Shown piece by piece: positions 34,427 to 44,158 of a DNA stretch of 54,978 nucleotides. Source of the stretch: a virus (lineage: Duplodnaviria > Caudoviricetes). The DNA is taken from positions 1 through 54,978 of IMG/VR virus record IMGVR_UViG_3300048839_001570; one strand, 5' to 3'. Every line of letters begins with the position of its first letter. Positions within the stretch are counted from its first letter, which is position 1. Below the pieces are notes generated by a model that had not been told where the DNA came from, did not search any database, and saw only the letters and a program-made list of their open reading frames with translations. A program made the translations under genes and the position numbers.

Positions 34427-35455
34427 TCAGTTGCTCGAGTGACCGCGGACCAGGACCGCCGGCCGCATGCAGATCGGCAGCGTGTTCATCTGCCCCTGCA
34501 CGTCGACGTACTGGTTCCACTTCTGGTCCGGCGCGGTCTTCGCGTAGAAGGGCAGGCCCGGCTGGTTGACCGTCTCGAGGTAGTCGGCCGGCGCGTTGAA
34601 CTGGCGGAAGGTTGCCCGGGTGCCGAGCGGGAAGAACCGCGCGTCGCCCGCCGGGATGAACTTCCGGTTCGTCCAGGTGCCGTCCTCGTTCGGCGTGTCG
34701 GCCGAGCCGAGGTACTCCTCCCAGGTGATGCCGAGGAAGGGGATGCCGCGGCGCACGTCGTTGCGCAGAGGCTCGACGGTCGAGGTGTAGTACTTGTGGG
34801 CGTCGCGGAAGTCCGCGTTCGCCATCAGCTTGTCCCAGAACTCAGGGCTGCAGAGGGCGTGCACGCCGGTCATCACGTCACCGAGCAGGTTGAGCTCGAT
34901 GTGGCGCTTGACCTCCGCCGCCTTGGCCGGAAGCACACCGGAGGTGCCGAAGGTGAAGTCGACGACCTTCTGGCTCACCCCGTACTCGGTGAAGAGGTCG
35001 AGGATCGTCGAGCCGTCGGCATCGAGCACGACGCCGCGCAGCGCGCCGGCGCGCAGGTACTCGCGGGTGATGTCGAGGTTCTGCCGGACCGCGATCAGGC
35101 GGTCGTTCACCTCGGTCTGCACCTGCTTGAGCTCGCTCTCGCTGCCGAAGGCGCGGATGCCGTCGATCTCGTCCGAGGTGATCCGGCTCTCCTGGGCGAA
35201 GCGGCGGGTCGCGAAGGGCCGCACGTTCCGCTTCGGGTTGCGCATGCCGGGCATCGGAGCGGCGCGCTGGGACGACTGCACGAGCTGCAGTACGCCGTTC
35301 TGCGCCTCGACCATGAACTGCGGCGTGCGGATCGCCTTGTCCTCGAACAGGCCGATTTCGCCGATGCGGCCCCACATGTTCGGGATGACGTTGATGGCCT
35401 CGCTGAGCTCGCGCGTGCGGAAGGCCGAGTTGGTGAAGATGTCCATGGAGGCCAT
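34427..35455 (-). CDS. Major capsid protein (lambda gpE family)
   Basis: ELSEAINVIP, LDITREYLRAGALRG, FNAPADYLETVN.PG, NTLPICMRP. Confidence 0.93.
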   Translation of the reverse strand: MASMDIFTNSAFRTRELSEAINVIPNMWGRIGEIGLFEDKAIRTPQFMVEAQNGVLQLVQSSQRAAPMPGMRNPKRNVRPFATRRFAQESRITSDEIDGIRAFGSESELKQVQTEVNDRLIAVRQNLDITREYLRAGALRGVVLDADGSTILDLFTEYGVSQKVVDFTFGTSGVLPAKAAEVKRHIELNLLGDVMTGVHALCSPEFWDKLMANADFRDAHKYYTSTVEPLRNDVRRGIPFLGITWEEYLGSADTPNEDGTWTNRKFIPAGDARFFPLGTRATFRQFNAPADYLETVNQPGLPFYAKTAPDQKWNQYVDVQGQMNTLPICMRPAVLVRGHSSN

Positions 35456-35552
35456 GGCGCATTCCCTTTCTATGCTGGTGGGATGGCGGCGCCACAACCG
35501 GCCGCCCAGGGGGAGGGTGCGAGCGGCGGCGGACCGCCCTCTCGCGGGGGCG

Positions 35553-35930
35553 TCAGTCCGCGATGATCCCCGCGGCGGCGAGGGCGGTGACGGCGGCGCC
35601 GCGCTTGGTCGCGTCGTCGACGGACGAGTGGAAGACCAGCGCGTGGCGGTTCACCTTGGCGTGGCGCACCAGCGCGACGGCCTTCGCGTCGGCCGAGGCC
35701 GCCTTCGCGTCGGTGATCAGCACGGCGACCGCGGTCTGCAGGCCGTTCGTGCCGCCGTTGACGTGCGCCGCGTACTTGCCGAGGTCAGCGGTGGCCGTGT
35801 AGACGGCGAGGACCGTGCCGACCGCGAGATCCGCGCCCGACTTGACGGTGATCTCCTTCCGCGAAAAGCGGTTGTCCTCTTCGAAGCGGATCAGGTCGCC
35901 CTGGTAGGCGCCTTCGGTGACAGGAGGCAT
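35553..35930 (-). CDS. Head decoration protein (gpD-like)
   Basis: SRKEITVKSG...GTVLA...ALAAAGII; position. Confidence 0.88.
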   Translation of the reverse strand: MPPVTEGAYQGDLIRFEEDNRFSRKEITVKSGADLAVGTVLAVYTATADLGKYAAHVNGGTNGLQTAVAVLITDAKAASADAKAVALVRHAKVNRHALVFHSSVDDATKRGAAVTALAAAGIIAD

Positions 35931-35989
35931 GTGTCCGGTTCCTTCTCAGGGAGGTGGAGGGGCGAGGCGGCGCGAACGCGCCGACCCCG

Positions 35990-36451
35990 TTACTTCGCGG
36001 CGAACCGCTCCTTCATGAGCGCGGCCGCGCTCACCACGCCGTTCGGCGAGCCTGCCGACGGCACCGCGACCCGATCCTCGGCCGCGCTCATCGCCGCGGC
36101 GAGCCGCCCGCCGATGGCGGACGGAGCCGCCTTGAGCGCCGCGCGCGCCGCGCCGGGCGTCATCGACGTCCGCAGCGCGAGGTGGCGGGCGAGCGTCTCT
36201 CGGCCCTGGGCTTCGGGCGCGTCGAGGATGGCCGCGATCCGGCGGCGCTCGGCGGCGGCGGCGGCCGGCGTCTCGTCCTGCTCGTCCTCGTCGCCCTCTC
36301 CGGACGCGGCGGCCTCCATGTCCTCGTCGTCCTCGGCCGGACCGTCCTCGGCCGCCTCGGCGGCGGACTCGTCCATCCGCTCCTCGTCTTCCTCGGCCGC
36401 CTGGGCCGTGATCCGGCCCGCGCTACGGGCCGCCTGCGTCGCTTTGGCCAT
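35990..36451 (-). CDS. Nested in-frame scaffold protein (Nu3-like)
   Basis: Internal ATG (MAKATQ) with GGAGGG SD; acidic region then AERRRIAAIL. Confidence 0.65.
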   Translation of the reverse strand: MAKATQAARSAGRITAQAAEEDEERMDESAAEAAEDGPAEDDEDMEAAASGEGDEDEQDETPAAAAAERRRIAAILDAPEAQGRETLARHLALRTSMTPGAARAALKAAPSAIGGRLAAAMSAAEDRVAVPSAGSPNGVVSAAALMKERFAAK

Positions 36452-37390
36452 GATCGGCCCTCCTCTGCTACGCGCCTCGGCGGCGCTCTCCTTCAGCTGC
36501 TCGATCCAGCTCGCGAACGCCGCCCGCGGCTCGGCCACCGCGTCGGCGAGACCCGCCGCAACAGCGGCGTCGGCTCGCAGGCAGCGGGCCTCGGTGGCCG
36601 CTGCCGCCCGTGCAGTGAGCCGGCTGCCGCGCCCCTGCGCGACGGTCGCCACGAAGATGTCCCGCAGCGCCTCCATCTCGGCCTGCATCTCCTCGCGCAC
36701 CGCTTCCGGCAGCGGCTGGAACTGGTTGCCGTCGATCTTGTGGGCGCCCGCATGGACCAGCGTGACCGCGATGCCCTCGTCCTTGAGGGCCTCGCTGACG
36801 TCGACGTGCATGCACACGACGCCGATCGAGCCGACACCGCCCGAGCGCGGGACCGTGACGTGCTCGGCCTGGCTCGCCAGCGCGTAGGCGGCCGAGTAGG
36901 CGTGCTCGGCCACGAAGGCACGGACCGGCTTCACGCGGCCGACGGCGGCGATGTGGTCGGCCAGGTCGAAGCACCCGGCGACCTCGCCGCCGAAGCTGTC
37001 GATCTCGAGGGCGATGGCCCGCACCATCGGGTCCGCCACCGCCGCGTCGATCTGCGCGCGCAGGCCCTCGTAGCTCGTCTCGCCGCTCGACTCGCCGAGC
37101 CAGGCGCCGCGGTGCACCAGCACGCCGGAGACGGGAATGACCGCGACACCCTCGACCAGGGCATATCCCCGGCGATCGCCGCGGCGGATCGAGTCGGTGA
37201 GGTCGTCTCCGAGCAGGGTGGCGAACGGCTGGGCCGCGGCGGGGACGTCTTCGTCGTCGACGAAGGCGACCGGCCGCACCGCGCTGCCGAGGATGCGGGG
37301 CCCGAGCCCGCGCAGGAAGGCCGCCGCCTTGCGCGGCTCGACGAGGAGCGGCGTGTTGAACGCCCTCTGCGCGATCTGGGCATGCCTCAT
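35990..37390 (-). CDS. S49 capsid maturation protease with C-terminal scaffold
   Basis: IDSFGGEVAG, AYSAAYALAS, VGSIGV, AGAHKIDGN. Confidence 0.92.
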   Translation of the reverse strand: MRHAQIAQRAFNTPLLVEPRKAAAFLRGLGPRILGSAVRPVAFVDDEDVPAAAQPFATLLGDDLTDSIRRGDRRGYALVEGVAVIPVSGVLVHRGAWLGESSGETSYEGLRAQIDAAVADPMVRAIALEIDSFGGEVAGCFDLADHIAAVGRVKPVRAFVAEHAYSAAYALASQAEHVTVPRSGGVGSIGVVCMHVDVSEALKDEGIAVTLVHAGAHKIDGNQFQPLPEAVREEMQAEMEALRDIFVATVAQGRGSRLTARAAAATEARCLRADAAVAAGLADAVAEPRAAFASWIEQLKESAAEARSRGGPIMAKATQAARSAGRITAQAAEEDEERMDESAAEAAEDGPAEDDEDMEAAASGEGDEDEQDETPAAAAAERRRIAAILDAPEAQGRETLARHLALRTSMTPGAARAALKAAPSAIGGRLAAAMSAAEDRVAVPSAGSPNGVVSAAALMKERFAAK

Positions 37391-38997
37391 CAGCCAAGCT
37401 CCTCTCGTGCACGCTCCCGCTCGCCCTGGACCGGGCCCGGGCCGAGCAGTTTCGCGAAGCTCTCCTGCATCGGGTGCAGCGTCCCTTCGGGCATGCGCGC
37501 AATCTCGCGCCGGATCTGGGCGAGGTTCTGATCGAGGTCGGTGCCGCTGAGCTCGGCCGCCTCGTCCTCCAGCGTCGAGAGCCCGAGCGCGACGCGCAGG
37601 GCCGAGGCCTGCACCTCCTTCACCGGATCGACGAAGCCCTTGCCGGGGCCGACCCACTTCGTCCGCGCATAGGAGCCCCAGTTCTCGTGGAAGTCCGGCG
37701 CGTTGGCCGGCCGGGGCAGCAGACCCTCGTCCCACTTCTCCTCGAGCCAGGCCATGAAGTAGGGCTGGCAGAACCCTTGCCCGAATGCGCCGCGGTTGGC
37801 GTGCCAGCCGCGCCAGACCTCGATCAGGGCCGCACGGGCCGAGGAGTAGTTGGTCTGGGACCAGTCCTTCGAGAGCTGCTCGTAGCTCTGGCGCATGCCG
37901 GCCGCGATGTGGCGCAGGACCGCCGCCTCGAAGTCGCCGAACTGCGCCGCTGGCCGCGCGCTCGGGACGGTGCCGATGTCCTCGCCCGGGTAGAGGTGCG
38001 GGATCTTCGCACCCGCCATGCGGATCTCGCCGCGCTCGCTGTGGTACTCCGCGCGGTCGGTGTTGTAGGCGTTCCAGCCGGTCGTGTCCTCGGTGAGCAT
38101 GTCGCTGATGGCTTCGGGGTCCATCGGCGACTTGATGAAGGCCGCGAGCACCGCGTTGATCACCGCGGCCTGCAGCTCCACCCGCCCGTAATGGTCCTCC
38201 ATCCGGAGCTTCTCGATGATCGGCGCCAGGCGCGAGACACCGCGGGTCTGGCCATCCCGCATCTTGTCGAAGTGGTGGAGCACGACGGGCCGGCCCCAGG
38301 CCTGCTCGCGCCGGACGCGGACCCATCGCAGGGCGTCGGGCCGCGTGAACGCATCGCCCGGGTGCCCCTGCCGGAAGTGGTAGGCGATCGCCGCGCCGTT
38401 CGCGTCGATCTCGACGCCGCCGCGCATCTGCCAGTCGTCCGCCCGGCCGAACGGGTTGCTGAGCAGGTCCGGGTCGACCACGCGGAGAACGGTCCGCACC
38501 GGCCGGTCGCCGTGCCACTGGACGATCCCGACCGCGTCCCCCTCGAGCAGGTAGTTGCGGTAGGCGAGGCCGAAGAGCTCGCTGATCGAGAGCTGGCGGG
38601 CCGCGTCCTGGTAGAACCGCGCATCCTCGGCGTCGCCCGACCAGAGCGCCTCGACGGCGGTCTTCCACTCCTGCGCCCAGGCCTCGTCCAGGCCGAGGCG
38701 GCGCCAGTTCGGCTTGGCGAGCGGGCGGAAGTGCGAGCCGATGACCGCGTCGACCTCGGTGTCGACCGCGCCGGCGACCCACCCGTTGTTCCGGGCGAGG
38801 TCGCGGGCCCTCGCGACGAGCGTGTCACGGTCGAGCAGTATCTCCGAGTCGGCGCTCCGGAGCGACGTCTGCCAGTTGACCATGGTCTCGGTCGACCAAC
38901 GGTCCGCGCCCCGGTACGGGGTGACCGGCACGATCGCCCGGGGCTGCACAGGCGTCGCGACCGCGTACGGTCCGCGGATGCGGGGCTTCTCAGCCAC
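37390..38997 (-). CDS. Portal protein (lambda family)
   Basis: ARARDLARNNG, QTRGVSRLAP, NYSSARAAL, VDPVKE. Confidence 0.95.
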   Translation of the reverse strand: MAEKPRIRGPYAVATPVQPRAIVPVTPYRGADRWSTETMVNWQTSLRSADSEILLDRDTLVARARDLARNNGWVAGAVDTEVDAVIGSHFRPLAKPNWRRLGLDEAWAQEWKTAVEALWSGDAEDARFYQDAARQLSISELFGLAYRNYLLEGDAVGIVQWHGDRPVRTVLRVVDPDLLSNPFGRADDWQMRGGVEIDANGAAIAYHFRQGHPGDAFTRPDALRWVRVRREQAWGRPVVLHHFDKMRDGQTRGVSRLAPIIEKLRMEDHYGRVELQAAVINAVLAAFIKSPMDPEAISDMLTEDTTGWNAYNTDRAEYHSERGEIRMAGAKIPHLYPGEDIGTVPSARPAAQFGDFEAAVLRHIAAGMRQSYEQLSKDWSQTNYSSARAALIEVWRGWHANRGAFGQGFCQPYFMAWLEEKWDEGLLPRPANAPDFHENWGSYARTKWVGPGKGFVDPVKEVQASALRVALGLSTLEDEAAELSGTDLDQNLAQIRREIARMPEGTLHPMQESFAKLLGPGPVQGERERAREELG

Positions 38998-39220
38998 CGA
39001 AGGTCACCCGGAAGGCGCGCCGCCGGCGGGTGCCCGTGAGGCGCGCCACCTGGTCGCGAAGCTCGGCCACATAGGCGCGCAGGTTGCCGACGTTGGCCAT
39101 GGAGTAGCTGACCTTTCGGCCATCGTACTCGACGCTGACCGCCCGTTGCTGGGTCACCACCTGGTGCAGCGCCGTCTCGGCCTCGGCGAGCCGGGCCTGC
39201 AGGGTCACGAGATCCGTCAT
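38990..39220 (-). CDS. Head-tail connector gpW-like
   Basis: LAEAETALHQ...DGRKVSYS..N...LRAYVAEL. Confidence 0.88.
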   Translation of the reverse strand: MTDLVTLQARLAEAETALHQVVTQQRAVSVEYDGRKVSYSMANVGNLRAYVAELRDQVARLTGTRRRRAFRVTFGG

Positions 39221-41205
39221 GGCATCAGCTCTGATGGGCGAGGCCTGCGGGCAGGCTCGGGTTTCGGGGTGGCCTCGGCAGCCGGCGCTGCGATGAGCGG
39301 GGCGTCGAACAGTTCCGGTTGCTCGTCGACAGGTGCGACGCCGCGCACCGCCTCGAGTGCATCCCACTGGCCGTCGGTCCACGAGGTCCAGCCCTTCCTC
39401 CGGGCTGCAGCCTCGGCGTAGAGGTAGCCGTCGAGCACCTCGTTGCGGCGCGTCGGCTCGACCAGGTGCCACTGGCTCGTGATGATGCCGGAGACCTGGC
39501 GCTTCAGCACCCGGACCTCAGCCGTCACCTGGCGGTAGAACTCGTCCGGCATCCCCTTCGGGAAGGCCACGAAGCCCCTCGCCCCGGGATCCTCGACGGC
39601 CAGCCGGCCGTAGAAGTCCGCCTTGAGCTGGCTCACGTTGACGATGTAGCCCTGCCGGCGGCCTCGCTTCTTCACCTTGCCGTCCCGTCGACGCTCGGTC
39701 ATCGGCGTCAGGACGGCGCCGTTCTGGGACGACGAGCCCTTCAGGACGATCACCCGGTCGCGCGGATGCCGCATCGCCCAGGACCACACCGCGTCGGTGT
39801 AGGCCGACCCGTCGATTCCGAGGGCGTCGATCTTCACCGGCAACCGAAGCTCGGTCTTCCACTCCGCCCGGAGCAGCGCGTCGAGGTGCGGCCAGCTCGA
39901 CTCGTCCCCGATGAAGTGCGGGATGACGACGTGGTCGACCACCCAGCTCTGCCGGTTGCGGCCCCAGGCCGTCAGCACCACCTCGAGGCGGTCGCCCTGG
40001 CAGTCCACTCCAGCCGTCAGCATGACGCCCCGGGCCGGCAGGATTTCAGGCGGCAGGTAGACCCCGCTCTCGTCGTGCTCGACGCGGTCGCGCAGCCGCG
40101 TCCAGTCCATGCCGCCCGAGGCCTGCTCGTACTCGAGGCCGAGGACGTCGTTGAAGAACGTCTGCTCGGTCTCCGCCTCGACCGACTGGCTCAGCCGCGC
40201 CTCGCTGTCCCCGCTGAGGCTCGCCGTGGTCCAGCCCATCATGCGAGCGTAGTCGACGGCGATCGAGGCCCAGTCGCGCTGCGGGGCGTAGGCGCGCCAC
40301 AGGAAGAACCCTGGATGATCCCCGCGCGGGTTCTGCGGCACCCAGCGCCCGGCCTTGACCATGCGCTCCTTGTCGCCGTGCCGGATCGCCGCGCCGCAGG
40401 CCTCGCAGGTGAAGTGGGCCGCGTGGAGGCGCTCGGGGTCGATCGAGCGCTTGAAGTTCTCCCAGGTCAGCGGCGCCTCGTGCCCGCAGCTGGGGCAGGG
40501 CACCAGGTAGAGCCTCTGGTCGCTGCGGGCATAGGCCCGGCTGACCCGGCAGGTCCCCTTGATCAGGGGGGTGGAGACCCGCAGGATCTTCGCATCCTCG
40601 AAGCCGGAGGCGCGGGATTCGGCGAGCGCCTCCGGGTCGCCCTTGTCTGTCATCTCGAACTTGGCGAGATCGTCCATCACCACCAGGCGCCGGGTGGTGC
40701 CGGTGAGGTCGGACGGCGATCCCGCCGAAGCGACCTTGAGCGAGCCGTTCCGCGCCAGCGTCTCCTGGTTGAGGCGCGTGTCCCGGTTCTCGCCGCGCCC
40801 GTCGCCGAAGAGCCCGAGCAGCTCCGGCGCCTGCCGGCGCATGGGCATCCACTTGTTGTCGACCCACTCGAGCGCGGACTGCATCGTCGGATGCACCACC
40901 AGTGCATCGAGCGGCGCGTAGGAGAACCACGCCCCGAGCGTCGGGTTGATCACCGAGACCGTCTTGCCCCACTGGGCCGATCCCTTGACCGTCACCTCCC
41001 GGGACGGGTGTTCGGGAGAGAGGACCTCATGGATCTCCCGCAGGAACGGGAACCGCTCGATGTTGAACGGCCCCGGCATGGGCGAGCGGTCGTCGAAGAC
41101 CACGTTCTCGACGCACCAGCGCGTGATGTCCGGCGGAGGCGGCGGGCGCATCCCCTCGGCGATGGCGTAGGCCACCACCGCCTCGGCCGACGACAGGAAC
41201 CCCAT
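39217..41205 (-). CDS. Terminase large subunit (GpA family)
   Basis: KGSAQWGKT, VVMDDL, RVSTP, CPSCG...CEACG, AGVDCQ, RNEVLD. Confidence 0.95.
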   Translation of the reverse strand: MGFLSSAEAVVAYAIAEGMRPPPPPDITRWCVENVVFDDRSPMPGPFNIERFPFLREIHEVLSPEHPSREVTVKGSAQWGKTVSVINPTLGAWFSYAPLDALVVHPTMQSALEWVDNKWMPMRRQAPELLGLFGDGRGENRDTRLNQETLARNGSLKVASAGSPSDLTGTTRRLVVMDDLAKFEMTDKGDPEALAESRASGFEDAKILRVSTPLIKGTCRVSRAYARSDQRLYLVPCPSCGHEAPLTWENFKRSIDPERLHAAHFTCEACGAAIRHGDKERMVKAGRWVPQNPRGDHPGFFLWRAYAPQRDWASIAVDYARMMGWTTASLSGDSEARLSQSVEAETEQTFFNDVLGLEYEQASGGMDWTRLRDRVEHDESGVYLPPEILPARGVMLTAGVDCQGDRLEVVLTAWGRNRQSWVVDHVVIPHFIGDESSWPHLDALLRAEWKTELRLPVKIDALGIDGSAYTDAVWSWAMRHPRDRVIVLKGSSSQNGAVLTPMTERRRDGKVKKRGRRQGYIVNVSQLKADFYGRLAVEDPGARGFVAFPKGMPDEFYRQVTAEVRVLKRQVSGIITSQWHLVEPTRRNEVLDGYLYAEAAARRKGWTSWTDGQWDALEAVRGVAPVDEQPELFDAPLIAAPAAEATPKPEPARRPRPSELMP

Positions 41206-41846
41206 CAGATGTCGGCCGCGCTCTCGGCCTGGCTCATCGTCGCCGCGGCGCCGGCCGCCTGCGCCAGATCCGCGCGCACCCCCCGGTGCGCACGCCACTG
41301 GTCGAGCATCACCTGCCGCACCGCGCGGGCGTCGACGTCGAACCGGTCGGCCAGGACGCGGGACGTGTCGCGGATGTAGGTCGCCACCTCCGAGACCTCC
41401 TGGCCGATCTGCCGCCGCACCTGGCGGGCCACTTCGTCGGCGAGGACGAACATACCCTCGGCCTCGGCGTTGAGGCGCCGCATCCGGCGGGCCTCCTCCT
41501 GCGCCTTCTCCGTCCGCGCCCGCTCGTAGTCGCTGAGCGAAGTCGGCGCGGCCGCCGAAGCTCCGGACGCCGCCGCCGGGGTCATGTCCGAGGGCGGCTG
41601 GGCGCCGCCCGCACCAGCTGCGAGGATCTCCTGGCGCGCCCGCTCGCTTCGGGCGCCGTTTCCGAGACGCTGGCCGATGTCGAGGCGTCGCCCCAGCAGC
41701 TCGGCCGACTTGATCAGGTCGAACCGACGGTCGCGACCCGCGCCGGAGAACGCCCCATCGAGCTTCCCCTCGCTGACCAGCTGGCTGATGCGTCCCGGTG
41801 TGAGCTCGAGCGCCTCCGCGAGCTCCGAGGCTTTCAGCATCTTCAT
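41205..41846 (-). CDS. Terminase small subunit
   Basis: N-terminal wHTH ASELAEALELTPGRISQLVSEGKL; coiled coil; position. Confidence 0.85.
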   Translation of the reverse strand: MKMLKASELAEALELTPGRISQLVSEGKLDGAFSGAGRDRRFDLIKSAELLGRRLDIGQRLGNGARSERARQEILAAGAGGAQPPSDMTPAAASGASAAAPTSLSDYERARTEKAQEEARRMRRLNAEAEGMFVLADEVARQVRRQIGQEVSEVATYIRDTSRVLADRFDVDARAVRQVMLDQWRAHRGVRADLAQAAGAAATMSQAESAADI

Positions 41847-41884
41847 GGGCAGCTGATCAAGATCTCCACCGGCCCGAGCCGCCC

Positions 41885-41970
41885 GGCTTTAGGCTGGCTC
41901 AACCGTTTAGGTGAATTAAACACACGCGCGTAGCATCCCCGCATACGCTAAAGCCGCCGGGAAGGACCCG
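41885..41970 (-). other. cos packaging site (cosQ and cosN-like)
   Basis: Minus strand GGGTCCT (41969-41963), 22 nt, then GGGGATGCTACGCGCG; CTAAA repeats nearby. Confidence 0.7.
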
Positions 41971-42080
41971 CGGCTTTCGATCGGCATGCCTGGACCCCCG
42001 AAAGCACTGCGCCCGGGCCGTTGGAGCGGTCCGGGCGCAACTTCTGAGTGTGGCAATGTGAGCCACGAAACGGGGCAAAC

Positions 42081-42086
42081 TGTCAA
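42081..42086 (-). promoter_or_regulatory. Candidate late-promoter -35 (TTGACA)
   Basis: TTGACA upstream of cos/terS; no well-spaced -10 found. Confidence 0.35.
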
Positions 42087-42784
42087 CCCCCTTTCTGACG
42101 CCTCTGATCCCAGTGCTCGATGACCGCCATCCGGTCGAGTGCATCGAGCAGCCCGTCGGTCAGGTGGGCGACGTAGCGCGCTTGCCTCCCCCAGCCGTGC
42201 GCCTTGAGCACGTCGCGGATCTCGAGGCCCGAGAGGCAGACCATGTCGACCAGGACGCGCACCGTGATCTGCCGCCGTCGCCCCCGCCGGGAGCGCGGGA
42301 CGAGGCACGCTTCCGTCCCGATCGCGAACTGGAACCCGCGCAGCTCCTCGACCAGGCCGACGCGGAACACCGCGCCACCATCCGACACCCGCAGCGAGCC
42401 ACCGCCGGGTTCCATGCCCGAGACCGGAACGGCTCCGATCAGCTCGTGCACGTGGGCATAGCGCTGAGCCGCCCAGCGCCGGCCGTCCTTCACCGAGAGG
42501 GAGCGGATCGCCTTGGGCAGTCTCACTGCCGTGCGGTAGCCGAGGGGCGTGACCCGCGCCACCGTCTCGCCCGCCTGTTCCTCGCTGATCTCCTCGAGGG
42601 CGACTGGCCGCTGGGCCGGACCGGCAGGCGACCGCGCCCCCTCGCCCTGCCCGATGCCCTGGCTCGCGCGGGCCTTTGCCTTCTGCACCTCGACCAGCCA
42701 GCCCTCGACGGCGATCCTTGCCCGGGCGTGCCGCCCCAGCCTCTCAACATCTTGTGCCTGCACTGCCTGTCCCGACGAGATCAT
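42083..42784 (-). CDS. Putative late-gene regulator
   Basis: Q-like position before cos; C-terminal HTH-like LVDMVCLSGLEIRDVLKAHGW...ALDRM. Confidence 0.55.
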   Translation of the reverse strand: MISSGQAVQAQDVERLGRHARARIAVEGWLVEVQKAKARASQGIGQGEGARSPAGPAQRPVALEEISEEQAGETVARVTPLGYRTAVRLPKAIRSLSVKDGRRWAAQRYAHVHELIGAVPVSGMEPGGGSLRVSDGGAVFRVGLVEELRGFQFAIGTEACLVPRSRRGRRRQITVRVLVDMVCLSGLEIRDVLKAHGWGRQARYVAHLTDGLLDALDRMAVIEHWDQRRQKGG

Positions 42785-42815
42785 GTTTCCTGCTCTGCCT
42801 TCGATGGAGGATGGA

Positions 42816-43140
42816 TGGAGCGAGTGGAGCGAGAATGGAGCGAGAATGGAGCGAAATCTGTCTGGAGATCTCGTTTACAACCCGGCTAACCCACTGCCAA
42901 ATCTTCGCTTTCTTGTTACTTTTCGATGTTAGTGGAGTGAGTGGAGGATAATTCCCCTATGACGCACAAGAAACATGAAGAGGGGTAACCCCCCTACTTC
43001 GCGCGCGCGCGCGTACGTCAACCGGGAATTTCGCTCCACTCGCTCCACTCGCTCCATTGCCCCTTGATTTCATTGGCGTATTCGGCCCCGGACCCCGATT
43101 TTCGCTCCATTTTCGCTCCATTCTCGCTCCACTCGCTCCA
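42816..43140. repeat. Iteron array TGGAGCGA, putative replication origin
   Basis: 4 forward copies (42816, 42825, 42836, 42847) and 7 reverse copies (43031, 43040, 43049, 43102, 43113, 43124, 43133) around an AT-richer core and a (CG)7 tract. Confidence 0.75.
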
Positions 43141-43150
43141 CTGAAACAGG

Positions 43151-43411
43151 CTACGGGGTGTGTGAGGGATCGTCGGACGGAGCCGCGACGACGGGATCGG
43201 CCCGCAGGGTGCGGGCCTGAAACGTGCTCACGATGCGGCGCATCACCGCGATCTGGCGGGCAGATGGCCGCCACGGACCGGCTCGGGACCTCGCGACGAT
43301 CGAGGCGCAGAACACCCGCTCCCATGCGCTCAGGCCCTCGGCTCGCACCACGATCGGCATCCAGTGCAGCAGCCGGTCGATCTTGGCAGAGGGCGGCGCG
43401 CGCGTCGTCAC
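43151..43411 (-). CDS. Hypothetical phage protein
   Basis: LSAWERVFCASI...WRPSARQ; coupled. Confidence 0.6.
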   Translation of the reverse strand: MTTRAPPSAKIDRLLHWMPIVVRAEGLSAWERVFCASIVARSRAGPWRPSARQIAVMRRIVSTFQARTLRADPVVAAPSDDPSHTP

Positions 43412-43665
43412 GGCATCCGCCAGAGCAACAGGCCCGCGAGTATGACGCACACTACCCCGGCCATCATCAGAACCCGCTCGATCTCGGCGACGGTCTCGCG
43501 CAGGTCTCGCCGGTCCTCCTCGATCCGATCCACGAGAGCCCGGAGCTGCCAGGTGCGCTGCTCAGCCTCCTGGGCGAGACCGTGCATCACGTCCGCAACC
43601 TCCCGCTCTTCAGCGGCCTCCGCGCGCGCGCGCTCGACCTCGGCGCGCTGGGCGAACGTCCTCAT
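43408..43665 (-). CDS. Coiled-coil protein with C-terminal TM
   Basis: Heptad pattern then VLMMAGVVCVILAGLLLW. Confidence 0.6.
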   Translation of the reverse strand: MRTFAQRAEVERARAEAAEEREVADVMHGLAQEAEQRTWQLRALVDRIEEDRRDLRETVAEIERVLMMAGVVCVILAGLLLWRMP

Positions 43666-43934
43666 CAGAACCAGACCCTCCCCGCCCAGGTGTCGACGAG
43701 CACGCTCGTGCCGCGCCAGCTGCCCATGATCCGCGTGACCGGCGCGCCATCGATCGTGTCGGCACGCGCCTCGAACAGGATGGGATCGTCCGGCCGGCCT
43801 TCGGAATCAGGCGGCGGCACCTGCAGCCGGCCCTTGCTCTGCCGTCGTCGCCACTCGCCGGAGTGCAGCATCCATGCCCGGCGGATCGCCGCAGCGTCCC
43901 CCGCGTCGAGCACCCTGTCCCTCATGGAGGTCAT
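43665..43934 (-). CDS. Hypothetical protein
   Basis: Coupled ORF. Confidence 0.5.
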   Translation of the reverse strand: MTSMRDRVLDAGDAAAIRRAWMLHSGEWRRRQSKGRLQVPPPDSEGRPDDPILFEARADTIDGAPVTRIMGSWRGTSVLVDTWAGRVWF

Positions 43935-44158
43935 GGGTTTGCCCCCCTCACATGCGCCAGGCCCTCTTCGGTGATCTCCCACAGCGTCGTCTGGCGGCGG
44001 TGGACGATGGGACCGGGCTTGCCGCGGACCAGACCGTGCTGGGCAAGGCGGACGCAGACCTGGGACTGGATCACGCGGCGGGTGACGGGAAGCGGGTGGG
44101 AGACGGCAGCGAGCGCCGTCAGGGCGCGTGATTCGGCGGGGGTCAGGTCGAGCAGCAT
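43931..44158 (-). CDS. Small winged-helix-like protein
   Basis: LTPAESRALTAL...RLAQHGLV...WEITEEG. Confidence 0.6.
   Translation of the reverse strand: MLLDLTPAESRALTALAAVSHPLPVTRRVIQSQVCVRLAQHGLVRGKPGPIVHRRQTTLWEITEEGLAHVRGANP

Noticed and set aside
29190-41846. Gene transfer agent or Mu-like phage
   Set aside because: GpA terminase, cos, lambda-type portal and capsid, own replication, immunity and int/xis genes; no MuA/MuB
42816-43140. Possible CRISPR array
   Set aside because: Repeats are 8 bp, in both orientations, without unique 30-40 bp spacers; no cas genes
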